The position numbers were made by a program, and so were the translations under genes. A stretch of 64,000 nt of DNA from a virus: positions 1 to 64,000 of the IMG/VR virus record IMGVR_UViG_3300022744_000002. One strand, given 5' to 3'. The notes under the pieces were generated by a model. The model saw only the letters and a list, made by a program, of their open reading frames with translations, did no database searches and was not told the DNA's origin. The stretch's first letter is position 1. Each line of letters begins with the position of its first letter. Positions 49,331-59,308 of the stretch are shown piece after piece.

Positions 49331-50671
49331 GTGATCGTCCTGACCAATCTGGACAACATCCAGGTGGTGACCTCGGCGTCCGCTGACGTGGACTGGGTGA
49401 CCACCTACATCGATAACAACGCGGGGACGGTCACGCCTGGGCGCAACGCTCCCAATGCGTCGATTACGACCAACACCACGACCTCGGTTATCGCCGCACC
49501 CTCCTCGGGTGTCCAGCGGGTCGTCAAGAGCATGTACTTCCGCAACGAGCACGCCACGGTCACCACCGACCTGACCGTGGAGTACTACAACGGCACGTAC
49601 GCCAGCGGGATCATGAAGGTCACCCTGGGGCCAGGAGAGTCGCTCTCCTACGACGCTGAGGGATGGGAGCGGCGCAACGCCGCTGGGGTCCCGACGAGCG
49701 CCGCCAACCCCGGTCCCTCCGATGTGCAGACCTTCGCCAACACCGGCGACTGGACGAAGCCCACGACGTTCACCCCGAAGTTCGTCGTCGTGATGATCTG
49801 GGGTGCCGGTGGAGGTGGGGGTGCGGGCGCCTCACTGGCCTCGGCCACGGTCGCCAAGGGTGGCGGTGGAGGTGGTGGCGGCTGCTTCAAGCGCGAGACC
49901 TACCTCGCTGCTGATCTTCCCTCCACGGTGACGATCACCCTCGGCGCTCAGGGCGCTGCTGGTGCGCGTGGCGCTGCCGGTGCGGCTGGCGGTGACGGCG
50001 GTACCGGTGGCAACACGACGTTCGGCACCTACCTGACGGCCTATGGCGGCGGGGGCGGTCGTGGCGGGGCGATCTCCGCAGCCGTGACCGGTGGCGGTGG
50101 CGGGGGTGGCGGTCAGGCGGCTGGCTCGGTCGGCACGACCTCCGGTGGTGCGGGTGGACTTCCCACCGCAGCCTCCTCAGGCTGGTCTGTGCAGGGCGTG
50201 ACCGGCGCCGTGGCGACGTCCACCGTCCAGAACGGCGAGTACGGCGGCGCTGGCGGCGGCGGGATCAACAACACGCCCACCGGTGGCGCGGTCGGCGGCT
50301 CCTCTCAGTGGGGCGGGGGTGGCGGAGGCACGGGTGGCTCGCACACCTCGGCCCCGATCACGGTCGCCGCAGGAGCGGGCGGTGCCTCGGGCACGGTCAC
50401 CTCCGGTGGCGGTGGCACGGCCGGCACGGACGGCTCGAACACGGCTCCCGGTGGCGTGGGCGGCGACGGTGCTGCGGCCACGTCCGTCAAGGGCGGAGCA
50501 GGCGGTGGTGGGGGCGGTGGCACCTACCAGGCAGGCGCAGCTGGTGGCAATGGTGGCGCAGGCGGCCTCGGTGGCGGCGGAGGCGGTGGAGGTGGCGTGG
50601 GTATGAACGCTGGCCTCGGCGGCAACGGCGGTGCAGGCGGCAAGGGCTACGCGATCGTCTTCACGTACTAG
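49331..50671 (+). CDS. Glycine-rich-domain minor tail protein (446 aa)
   Basis: N-terminal globular part, then the motif FANTGDWTKPTTFTPKFVVVMIWGAGGGGG, long GGx tracts, and the ending GGKGYAIVFTY. Confidence 0.65.
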   Translation: MIVLTNLDNIQVVTSASADVDWVTTYIDNNAGTVTPGRNAPNASITTNTTTSVIAAPSSGVQRVVKSMYFRNEHATVTTDLTVEYYNGTYASGIMKVTLGPGESLSYDAEGWERRNAAGVPTSAANPGPSDVQTFANTGDWTKPTTFTPKFVVVMIWGAGGGGGAGASLASATVAKGGGGGGGGCFKRETYLAADLPSTVTITLGAQGAAGARGAAGAAGGDGGTGGNTTFGTYLTAYGGGGGRGGAISAAVTGGGGGGGGQAAGSVGTTSGGAGGLPTAASSGWSVQGVTGAVATSTVQNGEYGGAGGGGINNTPTGGAVGGSSQWGGGGGGTGGSHTSAPITVAAGAGGASGTVTSGGGGTAGTDGSNTAPGGVGGDGAAATSVKGGAGGGGGGGTYQAGAAGGNGGAGGLGGGGGGGGGVGMNAGLGGNGGAGGKGYAIVFTY

Positions 50672-50684
50672 ATAGGGGGTCGCC

Positions 50685-53600
50685 ATGAGGTTCGTTGGCG
50701 ATCCGTCTCTCTATGTCGAGGGGCTGGCAGATCTCGCCGTCGAGGGTCTGCTCGACAGCACTGTCGGTCCCAGCGTCGTCACCACCACCTACACCGAGGA
50801 CTACGCGCTCTACTTCAACCGATCGCTGCTGCTGTCGGATGCCGTGGGGCTGGGGGCCGGGGACCAGCCCTACTTCGACGACGTCATCTTCCTCACCCGG
50901 ACCGCTGGCCCCAAGGCGGCTTCGGCTAACCAGAGTGTTGCGACCACCCAGACGGCCAGCGGGATCGTCAGCAGCTCGCGTGCGACCTCCTCGGCCACAA
51001 TCACCCGCACCAACCTCTTCCCGAATCCTTCAGTTGAGGTGGGCACCACTGGGTTCTCGGGAGCCAATGCCTTTGAGCGGATAACTTCGTATCACCGATT
51101 CGGTGTGGCCGCGATGGCGTGCTACACGGTGCCGGGGCAGTCCGACACCAACATGCTCTATACGACGTCGGTCACCACGACTCAAACCGGCAACCACACC
51201 ATCTCCGTCTACGTCTTCTGCGGTTCTGGTTCCCCGATGATCGGCAAGACCATCAGCCTCACAGTGGAGGGTGGCACGGCCACCGTTACCCCTGGGGCTT
51301 CCACGCCTGCCACCTTCGTTGCTGACACCTGGGTCCGCTCCTCGCTTGTGGTGAACGTGACGGGTAACGGGACGATCCTGAGCGTCGCGCGGCTGAGCGT
51401 CGCGCCCAGCTCGCTGCCTGATTACACCTCCATGGTCGTGGATGGGTGGCTGCTGGAGACAGGCAGCGAACTCCTTCCCTACTTCGACGGCTCCGTGATC
51501 GACTCGATCAACCCCGACTCCATCGCCTGGAATGGCACAGCGCACAACTCGTCGTCCACGGTCACATACCACCCCAGCGGCTATGCGATGTACGCGACGG
51601 CGGCCGAGGGCTCTGCTACCAAGAGCCCGACAGCCAGCCTCACGGTCACCCCAACTTCTGCTGCCACGCCGCAGCTGATGAGCAAGTCCACCGGGGCTAC
51701 CCAGACTCTCTCGCCGGTTGGGGCTGCCTCAGGGACGGTTACCAGGGCCACGACAGCCGCGCTGACCGTTACTCCTACATCGGTAGCGGGGGCTACGAAC
51801 TCGAGCAGCGTCTCTGCCGCGCTGACCGTTACTCCGGTGCTTACTGCGGCCCTTGGATCACGCGCCGTCAGCGGCTCTGCTGATCAAGCGATAGCCACTA
51901 CTGGCAGCGGGACGCTGGGAGCCAACAGCAAGAGCGTTACGGCTTCCTGGACAGTCACCACCGTCACTACTGCAACACCTGCTGCTATCACGGATCAGGC
52001 CACCGCCGATCTGGTAGTCAATCCCGTTCTGGTTGCTGCAGGCGCCAAGTCAGTCAGTACAGGCGCTACAGGCATCACGATCACCACGACGGGTGCCGCT
52101 GCGCTGTCGGCCATCGTCGATACGGCTACAGCAGACCTTGTCGTCACGCCTATCGCACTGGCCGTTGGCACGTCGAACAAGAGCGCCACTGCCGCCCTAG
52201 TGGTCACTACGGCCACGACCGCCGTTCCGCTCCCCATCAGCGACAGCGCCACCGCTGACCTGAGCACCAGTCCCCTTACTGCCGCCGCTGCTCAGACGTT
52301 GTCCAAGAGTACGTCCGCTGTTCTGACTATCACGCCCGCTACAGCTGCCAGCGGGAGCCTCACCAAGGCCTCCACCGCTGCCCTAACCGTTACGCCGACC
52401 CCTGCAGCCAGCGCAAGCGCCCTCAAGTCAGCCACAGCTGCCTTCGACTTCGGCAGTGTGGGTGGTGGCGGCTCGTCCACTGTTCGTCCGGGCACATGGA
52501 CGACAGGCGGGATGTGGGTCACTCCTCCGCCCAACCCCTCGCCCACCTGGTCCACTCCGGTCTACGGCCTGCTCGAGTTCTACGACGCGGGCTACGTGGA
52601 CATGACGTTCGATACGACGTCCATCCCCGCCGACGCCACGATCACCTCGTGGAACATGTCGATCGCGATGAACGGCGACACTCTCGATGAGAGTGGCAAC
52701 AGCACATACACCTGGACCCTGTACGAGGGGACGTCAACCTTCCGCGATGGTGGGAACAGCTCAGATGGCACCACCTTCACGGCCCACGCCCTCGTAGCGC
52801 CCGCGTCCTGGCGCAGCAGTTCGCTGACATATCGCCTTGCCATCAGCAATGACGACTATGACTTCCGTGAGGGCATCTACCTCAGCGAGCCCAAGATCGC
52901 TGTGGTCTACACGGCTGCTGGCTCGGGGATCAGTGGCGCGGGCAGTGGATTTGTCACGGACTACGGGACTGTGTCGGCGACGATCACCCCCACGGTGGTG
53001 GCGGCCGGTGTAGACACAGCGTTCCGGACCGCTTCACTGACCGTTGCCCCAACAGGGACGGCAGACGGTACGTCTGTTGCACCGGCCAAGTACGGGGACG
53101 CCGATCCGCTGCTGGTCACGGTGGCTACGACAGCAATGGGTACGGTGGCCAAGTCGGCCACGGCTGCGGGGACAGCATCGGTCGTAACGGACGCAGCAGG
53201 CACCAAGTCGATCAGTGGTACCGCCGCCACGGCCACCGTGTCCTTGGTGCCTGCTGCCTCGGGCACCGCGAGCAAGAGCGCGTCGGCCGATCAGCTCGTC
53301 ACTACCAGCACCACGGTCGTCCCGCTGCCCATCACCGACAGTGCCAGCGCCAACCAGAGTGTTGTCACCGCTCAGGCGGCTGCGGGAACGGTCACCAAGA
53401 GCGCCAGCACCAGCCTGAGCGTCACTCCCAGCACGCAGGCAGCGGGCGCGGTCGCCAAGAGCGCCACGGCAACCTTGACGGTCACTCCGGTGACGCTGGC
53501 CAGCCTGGGGGCTAACTCCAGCGCAACCTCGGCTGCTTTCGTTGTCTCTACCGTTCCTGCTGCCTCGCTGGGTACGGTGAGCAAGAGCGGGACAGCTGAC

Positions 53601-55013
53601 TTTGTCGTAACGACAACCTCCACGGCTGTCCCGCTTCCGATCGCCGATGTCGCCACGGCTGACGGGACTGTCACCGCCACCCCAGCAGCGTCCGGCAGTG
53701 TCAGCAAGGCCACCACAGCCAGCGTCACGGTCACTACCACCCCGCTGGCCGGCGCCTCCAATGCGTCCTCGACTACTGCTTCGCTGACGCTGACACCGAT
53801 TACCACGGCATCTGGCGACTCGAACAAGGCCACAACGGCCAATCAGGTTGTCGCTACCACGCAGCTTGGAGCGCTGGGGGCCGACTCCAAGTCCACGACC
53901 GCTGTACTTGGAGTGACGACCTCCAGCACGGCCGTCCCCTTGCCGATCACTGACTCGGCCACCGCTGATCTGACCACCAGTCCTGAGACGCTTGCTGCGT
54001 TGGGGGTCGTCGAGAAGGCCTCGACTGCTGGGCTGGTGGTCAGTCCTTCTGTTAGCACAGGTGGTGTTGTCCAGGATCTGGCCTCCGCTGACCAGTCAGT
54101 GGCCGCCACGACTACGGCGGCGAGCACGGCGAGCAAGAGCGCCACCGCCTCCCTAGTGGTCACCACGACCTCCACAGCGCTGCCTGAGGACACCGGCAGC
54201 GCCGATCCCCTGACGGTCGCTGCGACCACAACGGCGGCTCTTGGGGTGGTCCTCAAGTCCTCCACGGCCTCCCTGAGCGTGACCACCAGCGCCTCAGCGG
54301 TGCCCCAGGAGATCACTGATGCGGCCACCGCTGATCTGGCTGTGTCAACGGCTCAGACGGCCAATGGATGGTCAAGCAAGAGCGCGACAGCCTCGTGGAC
54401 CGTCGTCACCACCACCACCTCAAGGATCGAGGAGGCGGCAGCGGCAGACGGGGCGGTCACCACCCTCACCGCTGCCTCAGGCACGGTCAGCAAGTCCTCG
54501 ACAGCCACCCAGAGTGTGTCCACCACGCCAGCTGCTGGGGGCACGAGGACCCAGTTCGCCACGGCTGCGGGGTACACCTACGCCACCGGCCAGGGCATTC
54601 CCTCGCCCATCACCGATGCCTCGGGCGCCGGGCTCTACACGATCCCGCTCACCCAGGCGACCGGCACGGTCAGCAAGAGCGCCTCAGCCGACGTCGTGGT
54701 GACCACACAGGCGCTCTCAGCAGCTCTGAAGTACGCCTACGCCACCGCTGCCCTGCTGGTGGCTCAGGAGTCCTCTGGGAGCTCTACACGGGAGGCTGTG
54801 GCCACCGCCGATCATTTGGCCGTCATCCTCACGGACGCTGGCTCCTGGTGTCTCAAGCTTGCCGAGGCGGGGCTCGAGGTCGATCCCATCCCCTGGGCTG
54901 ATGGGTACAACCTCCAGACCTGGTACGCCGAGGCCCACCAGGTGGTCGAGGTGCTGGCGGCAGCGGCCGGCCGGATGAAGACACGCGAGCACTGGGGCTA
55001 CCTGAGGCTCTAG
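50685..55013 (+). CDS. Giant repeat-containing tail fibre/spike-like protein (1442 aa)
   Basis: The N-terminal region (NLFPNPSVEVGTTGFSG...) looks like a carbohydrate-binding jelly-roll. Two long arrays of ~20-aa Thr/Ala/Ser repeats follow, then a distinct C-terminal ~70 aa. Confidence 0.65.
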   Translation: MRFVGDPSLYVEGLADLAVEGLLDSTVGPSVVTTTYTEDYALYFNRSLLLSDAVGLGAGDQPYFDDVIFLTRTAGPKAASANQSVATTQTASGIVSSSRATSSATITRTNLFPNPSVEVGTTGFSGANAFERITSYHRFGVAAMACYTVPGQSDTNMLYTTSVTTTQTGNHTISVYVFCGSGSPMIGKTISLTVEGGTATVTPGASTPATFVADTWVRSSLVVNVTGNGTILSVARLSVAPSSLPDYTSMVVDGWLLETGSELLPYFDGSVIDSINPDSIAWNGTAHNSSSTVTYHPSGYAMYATAAEGSATKSPTASLTVTPTSAATPQLMSKSTGATQTLSPVGAASGTVTRATTAALTVTPTSVAGATNSSSVSAALTVTPVLTAALGSRAVSGSADQAIATTGSGTLGANSKSVTASWTVTTVTTATPAAITDQATADLVVNPVLVAAGAKSVSTGATGITITTTGAAALSAIVDTATADLVVTPIALAVGTSNKSATAALVVTTATTAVPLPISDSATADLSTSPLTAAAAQTLSKSTSAVLTITPATAASGSLTKASTAALTVTPTPAASASALKSATAAFDFGSVGGGGSSTVRPGTWTTGGMWVTPPPNPSPTWSTPVYGLLEFYDAGYVDMTFDTTSIPADATITSWNMSIAMNGDTLDESGNSTYTWTLYEGTSTFRDGGNSSDGTTFTAHALVAPASWRSSSLTYRLAISNDDYDFREGIYLSEPKIAVVYTAAGSGISGAGSGFVTDYGTVSATITPTVVAAGVDTAFRTASLTVAPTGTADGTSVAPAKYGDADPLLVTVATTAMGTVAKSATAAGTASVVTDAAGTKSISGTAATATVSLVPAASGTASKSASADQLVTTSTTVVPLPITDSASANQSVVTAQAAAGTVTKSASTSLSVTPSTQAAGAVAKSATATLTVTPVTLASLGANSSATSAAFVVSTVPAASLGTVSKSGTADFVVTTTSTAVPLPIADVATADGTVTATPAASGSVSKATTASVTVTTTPLAGASNASSTTASLTLTPITTASGDSNKATTANQVVATTQLGALGADSKSTTAVLGVTTSSTAVPLPITDSATADLTTSPETLAALGVVEKASTAGLVVSPSVSTGGVVQDLASADQSVAATTTAASTASKSATASLVVTTTSTALPEDTGSADPLTVAATTTAALGVVLKSSTASLSVTTSASAVPQEITDAATADLAVSTAQTANGWSSKSATASWTVVTTTTSRIEEAAAADGAVTTLTAASGTVSKSSTATQSVSTTPAAGGTRTQFATAAGYTYATGQGIPSPITDASGAGLYTIPLTQATGTVSKSASADVVVTTQALSAALKYAYATAALLVAQESSGSSTREAVATADHLAVILTDAGSWCLKLAEAGLEVDPIPWADGYNLQTWYAEAHQVVEVLAAAAGRMKTREHWGYLRL
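51615..52450 (+). repeat. Repeat array 1 inside the 1442-aa gene (units like K-S-x-T-A-x-L-x-V-T-P-x6-9)
   Basis: Read from the translation. DNA copies are diverged and boundaries are approximate. Confidence 0.7.
52965..54760 (+). repeat. Repeat array 2 inside the 1442-aa gene (alternating ..VTP.. and ..TTAVPLPI[ST]D.ATADL.. units)
   Basis: Read from the translation. Boundaries are approximate. Confidence 0.7.
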
Positions 55014-55044
55014 CCAGCCCCGGGATACTGGACTAGGAGGAACG

Positions 55045-55386
55045 ATGGCAACCGCGTACATGACCAAGTTCTTGGCCGCACCCGCTGCGGACGTGACGAG
55101 CTACGGCACGCTCTACAACACCGATGGCTCCCACACGGCGGTGATCTCCTCCCTCATCATCTGCAACACCTCAGCGTCCAACGTGCTGTTTCGGATCGGG
55201 ATGGACACCACGGCAGGTACGCCCCTGGCGGCCAACGGGGAGTTCATCGCCTACGACGCCACTGTGGCGGCCAACGACACCATCACCATGGACATTGGCC
55301 TGACCATGGGCAACACCCTCTACCTGCGGTGCTCGGCAGCCTCCACAGCGGTCAACTTCATCGCCTCGGTGGCGGAGATCTCCTGA
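55045..55386 (+). CDS. Hypothetical tail-region protein (113 aa)
   Basis: ORF track. GGAGGA RBS. Confidence 0.55.
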   Translation: MATAYMTKFLAAPAADVTSYGTLYNTDGSHTAVISSLIICNTSASNVLFRIGMDTTAGTPLAANGEFIAYDATVAANDTITMDIGLTMGNTLYLRCSAASTAVNFIASVAEIS

Positions 55387-55910
55387 TGCCTGTCGAGTCC
55401 CTGAGACAGTTCAGCCAGATCGATCCGGGTCTCGTCTACGTGACCAAGGCTGACTTCTCGGCGGTCGCGTCGGTGTCGGTGAATGGGTGCTTCACCAGTG
55501 CATACGAGAACTATCGACTGATCGTCTCGTATGTGGGCACCGCTGACCACGGCCTATTCACCCGGTTGCGGGCTTCATCGTCAGATAGGACTGGTGCCGC
55601 CTACAACTGCCAGCGGTTCATCGGTGATGGTGCAGTCGTCGCCTCCACGGCATCAGACGGGCAAACCGCCCTCACCTACATCGGGCTCGGCTACGACGCA
55701 CTCAACGCCAACATCATCGACGTCTTTAAGCCTGCAGTCGCATCGTCGGCGACTTCGTTCGTGTCGTCGTGGTTCTGCAGCAACTACAACGCCATCGGGG
55801 GAAGCGGCGGCATCTACACGACCGCAGACGCGAACGATGGAATCACCTTGTACCCCCACCTCGGCACGATCACCGGCTCCCTCTACGTCTACGGCTATAG
55901 GAAGGCCTGA
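55386..55910 (+). CDS. Hypothetical tail-region protein (174 aa)
   Basis: Internal ATG at 55386 overlaps the previous stop (TGATG). Confidence 0.55.
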   Translation: MPVESLRQFSQIDPGLVYVTKADFSAVASVSVNGCFTSAYENYRLIVSYVGTADHGLFTRLRASSSDRTGAAYNCQRFIGDGAVVASTASDGQTALTYIGLGYDALNANIIDVFKPAVASSATSFVSSWFCSNYNAIGGSGGIYTTADANDGITLYPHLGTITGSLYVYGYRKA

Positions 55911-55912
55911 TC

Positions 55913-56221
55913 ATGGCTGACGTCATTGAAATCGACGCCGTCACAGGCGAGGTCATCCACCGGGACTTCACCGCCGAGGAGATCGCGCAGCGAAATGCTG
56001 ATATGGCTGCAGCCGCGATCCAAGCCGCTGCCGACGCATTGACGTCAGGCAACAAGGCCACCATCGAATCGCGGGCCATGACAGCACTGACCACCAACCG
56101 GGACTTTCTTGCTCTTGCCTCGCCCACCAACGCTGAGGCGCTTGCGCAGATCAAGGCGCTGACGCATCAGAACGTGGCGATCATCCGCCTGCTGCTGGGC
56201 GCCCTGGAGGGCGTGGACTGA
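55913..56221 (+). CDS. Hypothetical protein (102 aa, helical)
   Basis: ORF track. Tight packing. Confidence 0.55.
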   Translation: MADVIEIDAVTGEVIHRDFTAEEIAQRNADMAAAAIQAAADALTSGNKATIESRAMTALTTNRDFLALASPTNAEALAQIKALTHQNVAIIRLLLGALEGVD

Positions 56222-59200
56222 TGCCCACCTCACGGATCCGTACCGACGCATCGTTCCATACCCTCAACCCCTCACAGGCGATCAGCGCCACGGGCGGGAC
56301 GATCTCCACGTTCACTCAGAATGGGATTGACTACACCTGCCATACGTTCCTGACATCCGGCACGTTCACCGTGGCTGCGGGCACAGGATTGGTGGAGTAC
56401 CTCGTTGTCGGCGGGGGCGGCGGTTCTTGTGGAGTGAACAACACCGGAGCAGGCGGGGGTGGTGCAGGTGGTTATCTGGCAGGAACCATCGCCGTAAGCC
56501 CCGGTTCCTACTCCATCGTCGTAGGCGCAGGCGGTGTTGCAGGCGGTGTCGGGAACACCGATGCGGGCAACGGCGGGTATTCATCGTTCGGGTACCTCAC
56601 TGCTGCCGGTGGTGGTGGAAGTCTGGCTATTGCCCGTGGGCGTGACGGCGGGTCTGGTGCAGGCGGCGCCAACGGGACGTACCTACCAGGACTGGCTGTT
56701 GCGGGTAGTCAAGGAAACTCCGGAGCGCAGGGTGGATCGGGCATCACCACTGCTGGCGGCGGTGGTGGAGCCGGTGGAGCCGCGTCCGGTACCACAGGGG
56801 GAGCAGGACTGGCTAACTCCATTACCGGGGCGTCAGTCACCTATGCCGCAGGTGGTAACGGATCAACGGGGACGGTCAATGGAACAGCCAACACAGGAAA
56901 CGGTGCAAGCGGAACCAACACTGCCAGTACGGCAGCAGGAGCGACTGGTGGCTCAGGCATCGTCATCATCCGCTACCCCAACAAGCCTCGCGCCGTCCCC
57001 ACGTCAGCGATAGTCAGCGGGGCCAGCAATGCCACGTACACCAGCACCACTCCCGATGGATACCTGCAACTGCCAGGAACCAATGGCTCCTATGCGTCAG
57101 TCCCGGATGCGGCGGCACTGGACATCACCGGAGACATCGATATCCGCGTCAAAGTCGCTCTAGACACCTGGACTATCAGCGGACAGGGAAACCTTCTTGC
57201 CAAGAATGGAGCTTCAGGCAACTACTCCTACGGCATGCGACTGACAACTGCCAGCGAGATACGCATTTACTGGTCTCCTGACGGGACAACAGCAGGCACC
57301 TACATGCAATCGACTGTCAGTCTCCCAGCGCTAGCTGATGGCGCAGCTCTGTGGCTGCGGGCCACACTGGATGTGGACAACGGGTCGTCTCAAAGAGTCG
57401 CCAATTTCTACACCTCAAACGACGGTGCTACGTGGACGCAACTAGGTTCCACTGTCACGACGGCAGGTGCCACCAGCATCTACTCAGGAAACACTAATCT
57501 TGTCATCGGATCCATGTACGACGGAAACTATGCCACCGCTGGCAAGTTCTACCGTGCGCAGGTCTACAACGGCATCAACGGAACCATGGTCCTTGATGCT
57601 GATTTCTCTACCATGCCTACGGGCACCACTACCTCGTTTACTGCTAATACGGGGCAGACGGTGACGCTCACAGGATCACCAACTGTCGTGACAGGCACGA
57701 GAACCTACGACGTCTACACGTTCCTGTCCTCAGGCACGATCACGCTGGCTGCTGGTGGCATGGTGGACATGCTTGTCGTTGGCGGCGGGGGTGGTGGTGG
57801 CGGAACAGGCAACTACTACGCAGGTGGCGGTGGAGCGGGTGGAGTTCTTCTGACGTCTGGTTATCTGCCAGCCGGATCACTTACTGTCACTGTTGGAACG
57901 GGGGGCGGTGCGGGTTACGCAGATACCAACTCGTCAGGCAACGGCAAGGCAAGTTCTGTTGGCCTCTACGCCGCTCCCGGCGGTGGCGGGTGCAGTGCAG
58001 TCAACGCGGCCAACGCCGCAGGTAACAATGGTGGATCTGGCGGTGGCGGGAAGGCGACAGCCGGTACCGGTGGAGCAGGTACGCCGGGGTTCGGAAACAA
58101 CGGTGGTGTCGGTAATGGAAGCAGCAGCGGCTCTGGTGGCGGTGGCGGTGGGGCCGGTGCAGTAGGTGCTGACGGAACCACCGGAGTGGGCGGTGCAGGC
58201 GGTGTCGGTATCGCGTCCACCATCCGCGACGGTTCCACGGTCGTCTACTACGGCGGCGGTGGTGGTGGCTCGTCCACTACTGGTGGCTCGGGTGGCAATG
58301 GCGGCGGTGGAGCAGGAGCGTCAGGAACTGCTACCGGAACAGCTGGTACGGCCAACACAGGCGGTGGTGGCGGTGGCGGAAACGGCACTGGCGGAGTCGG
58401 CGGGTCAGGCATCGTCGTCATCCGCGTCCCACGAGCCACCCCTGTTGCGGGTCAGGTCGTAGCCTCAGGCGGGACAGAGTCCACCTACACCGGCAATGGC
58501 ACCAACGGCCTCAATGGGCAGAATTACAAGGTCCACACCTTCACCAGCGGGGGTTCCCTCGTCGTGAGCAACGCGGGCATGGTGGACGTACTGATCGTCG
58601 GTGGGGGCGGCGCAGGAGGAACGACGAGCAGTACCGGCGCTTCCAGTTACCGTGGCGGTGGTGGTGGAGCAGGCGGCGTTGTCACGCAGTCGATGTATAT
58701 CCCTGCCGGAACTCACACTGTGACAGTAGGTGCGGGAGGCGCGGGGGCAGCAGTCGCCTACAGCGTCTACACCGGAGGGGATAGCGCACTCGGAACACTG
58801 GTCACTGCTGCTGGTGGCGGCAGCGGCGGCGGGGTGAATGTCTACGACATGCTCGCGGAGAAGGGCGGCAGTGGCGGAGGTTCTCCAGACTCCACGTCGT
58901 ACCCGACTGTCGTAGGGCAGGGAATACTCAATCAGGGAAACCGTGGCGGATACGCGACAGGAACTATCTCCACCAACGCAGGTGGTGGTGGGGGTGCCGG
59001 GGCGGTTGGTTCGGATGGAGTGAGCGGTTCCGCAGGCGGTGCCGGTGGCGCGGGCATCACGTCCTACATCACAGGGTCGTCTGTTGCGTACGGCGGTGGT
59101 GGTGGAGGAAGCGGCAATGCCGGTGGCGCAGGCGGTAACGGCGGTGGTGGTGCAGGTGCAGCAAGTGGTACTGCTACTAGTGGAACCGCCAACACAGGTG

Positions 59201-59283
59201 GTGGCGGTGGTGGGACATACAACGGCGCTACCTCTGGCAACGGTGGCAGTGGCATCGTCATCGTGAGATACCCCATTACCTAG
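56221..59283 (+). CDS. Multi-module glycine-rich-domain tail protein with central LamG/ConA-like domain (1020 aa)
   Basis: Three glycine-rich modules begin ..TF.SSGT[FI]T[VL]AAG..V[ED][YM]L[VI]VGGGG and end GGSGIV[IV][IV]R[YV]P. The region ~57040-57640 (DGYLQLPGTNGSYASVPDAAALDITGDIDIRV...) looks like a laminin-G jelly-roll. Confidence 0.65.
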   Translation: MPTSRIRTDASFHTLNPSQAISATGGTISTFTQNGIDYTCHTFLTSGTFTVAAGTGLVEYLVVGGGGGSCGVNNTGAGGGGAGGYLAGTIAVSPGSYSIVVGAGGVAGGVGNTDAGNGGYSSFGYLTAAGGGGSLAIARGRDGGSGAGGANGTYLPGLAVAGSQGNSGAQGGSGITTAGGGGGAGGAASGTTGGAGLANSITGASVTYAAGGNGSTGTVNGTANTGNGASGTNTASTAAGATGGSGIVIIRYPNKPRAVPTSAIVSGASNATYTSTTPDGYLQLPGTNGSYASVPDAAALDITGDIDIRVKVALDTWTISGQGNLLAKNGASGNYSYGMRLTTASEIRIYWSPDGTTAGTYMQSTVSLPALADGAALWLRATLDVDNGSSQRVANFYTSNDGATWTQLGSTVTTAGATSIYSGNTNLVIGSMYDGNYATAGKFYRAQVYNGINGTMVLDADFSTMPTGTTTSFTANTGQTVTLTGSPTVVTGTRTYDVYTFLSSGTITLAAGGMVDMLVVGGGGGGGGTGNYYAGGGGAGGVLLTSGYLPAGSLTVTVGTGGGAGYADTNSSGNGKASSVGLYAAPGGGGCSAVNAANAAGNNGGSGGGGKATAGTGGAGTPGFGNNGGVGNGSSSGSGGGGGGAGAVGADGTTGVGGAGGVGIASTIRDGSTVVYYGGGGGGSSTTGGSGGNGGGGAGASGTATGTAGTANTGGGGGGGNGTGGVGGSGIVVIRVPRATPVAGQVVASGGTESTYTGNGTNGLNGQNYKVHTFTSGGSLVVSNAGMVDVLIVGGGGAGGTTSSTGASSYRGGGGGAGGVVTQSMYIPAGTHTVTVGAGGAGAAVAYSVYTGGDSALGTLVTAAGGGSGGGVNVYDMLAEKGGSGGGSPDSTSYPTVVGQGILNQGNRGGYATGTISTNAGGGGGAGAVGSDGVSGSAGGAGGAGITSYITGSSVAYGGGGGGSGNAGGAGGNGGGGAGAASGTATSGTANTGGGGGGTYNGATSGNGGSGIVIVRYPIT

Positions 59284-59308
59284 ATGACGCTACAGGGAGA
59301 ATAGGAAC

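Noticed and set aside
51615-54760. Periodic repeats that might be mistaken for a CRISPR array or a minisatellite.
   Set aside because: They lie inside one continuous ORF, are in frame, are diverged at the DNA level and have no spacer-repeat regularity. They are protein repeats.
49331-59283. Diversity-generating retroelement targeting the fibre genes.
   Set aside because: No reverse transcriptase ORF and no template/variable repeat pair with adenine-specific differences is visible in the window.
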